Of a DNA stretch of 64,000 nucleotides, positions 62,463 to 64,000 are shown in pieces (the first letter of the stretch is position 1; every line of letters starts with the position of its first letter). The DNA comes from Sedimentisphaerales bacterium (GTDB lineage Bacteria > Planctomycetota > Phycisphaerae > Sedimentisphaerales > Anaerobacaceae): assembly GCA_963708075.1 (NCBI GenBank), contig OY970194.1, positions 7,360,001-7,424,000 on the forward strand, in the 5' to 3' direction. The translations under genes were made by a program, and so were the position numbers. The notes below the pieces were generated by a model. The model was not told the origin of the DNA, searched no databases, and saw only the letters and a program-made list of their open reading frames with translations.

Positions 62463-62996
62463 GTGGGAGTGGAGTCAGAGGTAACCACTATCCAGAAGGC
62501 TCAGGGCGGCAGTGAGCCTGCGTGGCGGCGGCTGTTCGAGTTACATTTCGACGCCGTCTATCGGTTCTGCCTCGCCCTGACGGCGGGCCGGCGGGAGTTG
62601 GCCGAGGAGACGACACAACAGGCCTTCATCACGGCCGCTCAGCGGATTGACAGGTATCACCCCCAGCAAGGGACTTTCCGGGCGTGGCTGCTGGGCATCG
62701 CGAGGAACCGGTATCTGAGGTTACAGGCCAAGGAGAGGCGGCGCCGGCGACACGAAGCCCTGTCGGAGAATCACACACTGGCGAGCAGCCCCAAGCCTGA
62801 CCTGATGGTGCATGAGGCATTGGCTCGCCTGCCGCTGGAATACCGGAGGGCCCTGGAGAGCAAGTATCTCCGGCGGCTGACCATGAAAGAAATGGCCGAA
62901 AGCGACGGCATGAGTATCGAGGCAATCGAGTCCCTTCTGCGGAGGGCAAGGGACCGATTCGCTCAGATTCACGAACAAATGCAGAATGAAAGATAG
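62463..62996 (+). CDS. ECF sigma-70 factor
   Basis: Region 2 'AEETTQQAF..FRAWLLGIARN'; region 4 'LARLPLEYR..MKEMA..IESLLRRAR'. Confidence 0.9.
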   Translation: MGVESEVTTIQKAQGGSEPAWRRLFELHFDAVYRFCLALTAGRRELAEETTQQAFITAAQRIDRYHPQQGTFRAWLLGIARNRYLRLQAKERRRRRHEALSENHTLASSPKPDLMVHEALARLPLEYRRALESKYLRRLTMKEMAESDGMSIEAIESLLRRARDRFAQIHEQMQNER

Positions 62997-63010
62997 CAGG
63001 GGGTACGGAC

Positions 63011-63577
63011 ATGAACGACCACGATATGGACAATCTGCTTGAACGAAGCCTGTCAGGTCACCCACCCGGAGAGGTATTCCGAGCCAGGGTGCTGCTTGAT
63101 TCCACGGCGGCGCTGGTGCGTCACAGACAGATCGTTCGGACATGGCATCGGGCGGCCCTCTCAGCAGCGGCGGTCCTGATCGCCTCGGTGTCATTTCTGA
63201 TCGGGCGCAGCTCAGTCGAACCGCGTCTGTCACAGCCGGTGGCGGAGCCGGTTGTGGCAGACGCCGGCGACACCGTCGTCGTGCCGAAGGATCTGATCGC
63301 GTGTGTGAGCGCGGCACGGCTGTTCAAGCAACTCGGCATGGAAGACCGGATGAATCGTGCCCTCGACTCCGCCGGCAGGCTGCTGCCTCGCGAAGCGATC
63401 GCCGCGGGCGCCGCCGCAGGGCCTGTGTTCCTGGCTGCGAGCGGCGACGGGATCGAGAGTCACAGCGGGCAGGTGGAATCGGGCCCAAAGGCGGGTTCAC
63501 CCCAGTCGGTGGAGAGTATGAATCGCATCTTGGCGGGACTTCTTGGAGGTTATGACCATGCAAACAAGACAAATTAG
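63011..63577 (+). CDS. Putative anti-sigma factor (single TM)
   Basis: Directly follows the ECF gene; TM 'AALSAAAVLIASVSFLIG'. Confidence 0.65.
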   Translation: MNDHDMDNLLERSLSGHPPGEVFRARVLLDSTAALVRHRQIVRTWHRAALSAAAVLIASVSFLIGRSSVEPRLSQPVAEPVVADAGDTVVVPKDLIACVSAARLFKQLGMEDRMNRALDSAGRLLPREAIAAGAAAGPVFLAASGDGIESHSGQVESGPKAGSPQSVESMNRILAGLLGGYDHANKTN

Positions 63578-64000
63578 AAATCTGCTGTGTCTTCTTTGTC
63601 TCAGTGTGGCGACGGTTGTGGCGGGCCAGAGCGAGACGCCGAGTGTCTTCGAGCGCGTTCAGCGGATAGACGACCCGCAATTGGGAGAGTTGATCCGGGT
63701 GGCGCTGGACAACCATGGCGGCACCGACCAAAAGGAGAAGCTGGAATTGATACGCAAGGTCACTCTCAGTTATGCCCAAATCCGGCTGTTCGACCAGCAG
63801 ATCGCGGAGATCTCCCGCAAGCTCGAATCGACACCGGGCCCCGCCGACGTGCGCTATGAGTTGGTGATGGCCCGGACGGAACTCGAATCGAAGCTGATGA
63901 CGGAGCTGACGAATCTCAGGGAGGTGATGGGCGTCATCCCCAAGTTCCCCTTCGATAAACAGGTCGTGGAGACGCTCCACACCTGGCTGCACCTGAATCC
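63558..64000 (+). CDS. Secreted helical hypothetical protein (3' truncated by window)
   Basis: MQTRQIRNLLCLLCLSVATVVAG signal; open to the window end; overlaps the anti-sigma stop. Confidence 0.6.
   Translation, partial: MQTRQIRNLLCLLCLSVATVVAGQSETPSVFERVQRIDDPQLGELIRVALDNHGGTDQKEKLELIRKVTLSYAQIRLFDQQIAEISRKLESTPGPADVRYELVMARTELESKLMTELTNLREVMGVIPKFPFDKQVVETLHTWLHLN

Overview
GC-rich bacterial window. The gene content (LamG, PA14, lamin-tail and CotH secreted proteins, PAP-type PEP-CTERM tails, Tat-exported sugar enzymes, a Zn-ribbon rhomboid) suggests Planctomycetota, probably Phycisphaerae/Sedimentisphaerales; this is inference. It holds about 38 CDS, mostly for carbohydrate catabolism and large exported proteins. 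There are two IS630 elements with TIRs and TA duplications (one splits a PQQ/BamB-like gene), several REP/REPIN and short-period palindromic repeats, and four single-base frameshifts that may be consensus errors. No rRNA, convincing tRNA, CRISPR array or reverse transcriptase was seen. The most notable item is a LamG-fused thioester protein (3648-8315). It has the metazoan-type GCGEQ motif plus a complement C3/CD109/TEP-type catalytic His 115 residues downstream, and no pbp1C partner. Also notable: three tandem PA14 paralogs with swapped N-terminal heads, a mosaic shared C-terminus and shared regulatory motifs; a secreted beta-helix/phosphotriesterase fusion; an orphan HEPN-like protein; a DD34D IS630; and an orphan lipoprotein operon. 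All assignments come from reading motifs by eye; no searches were run.
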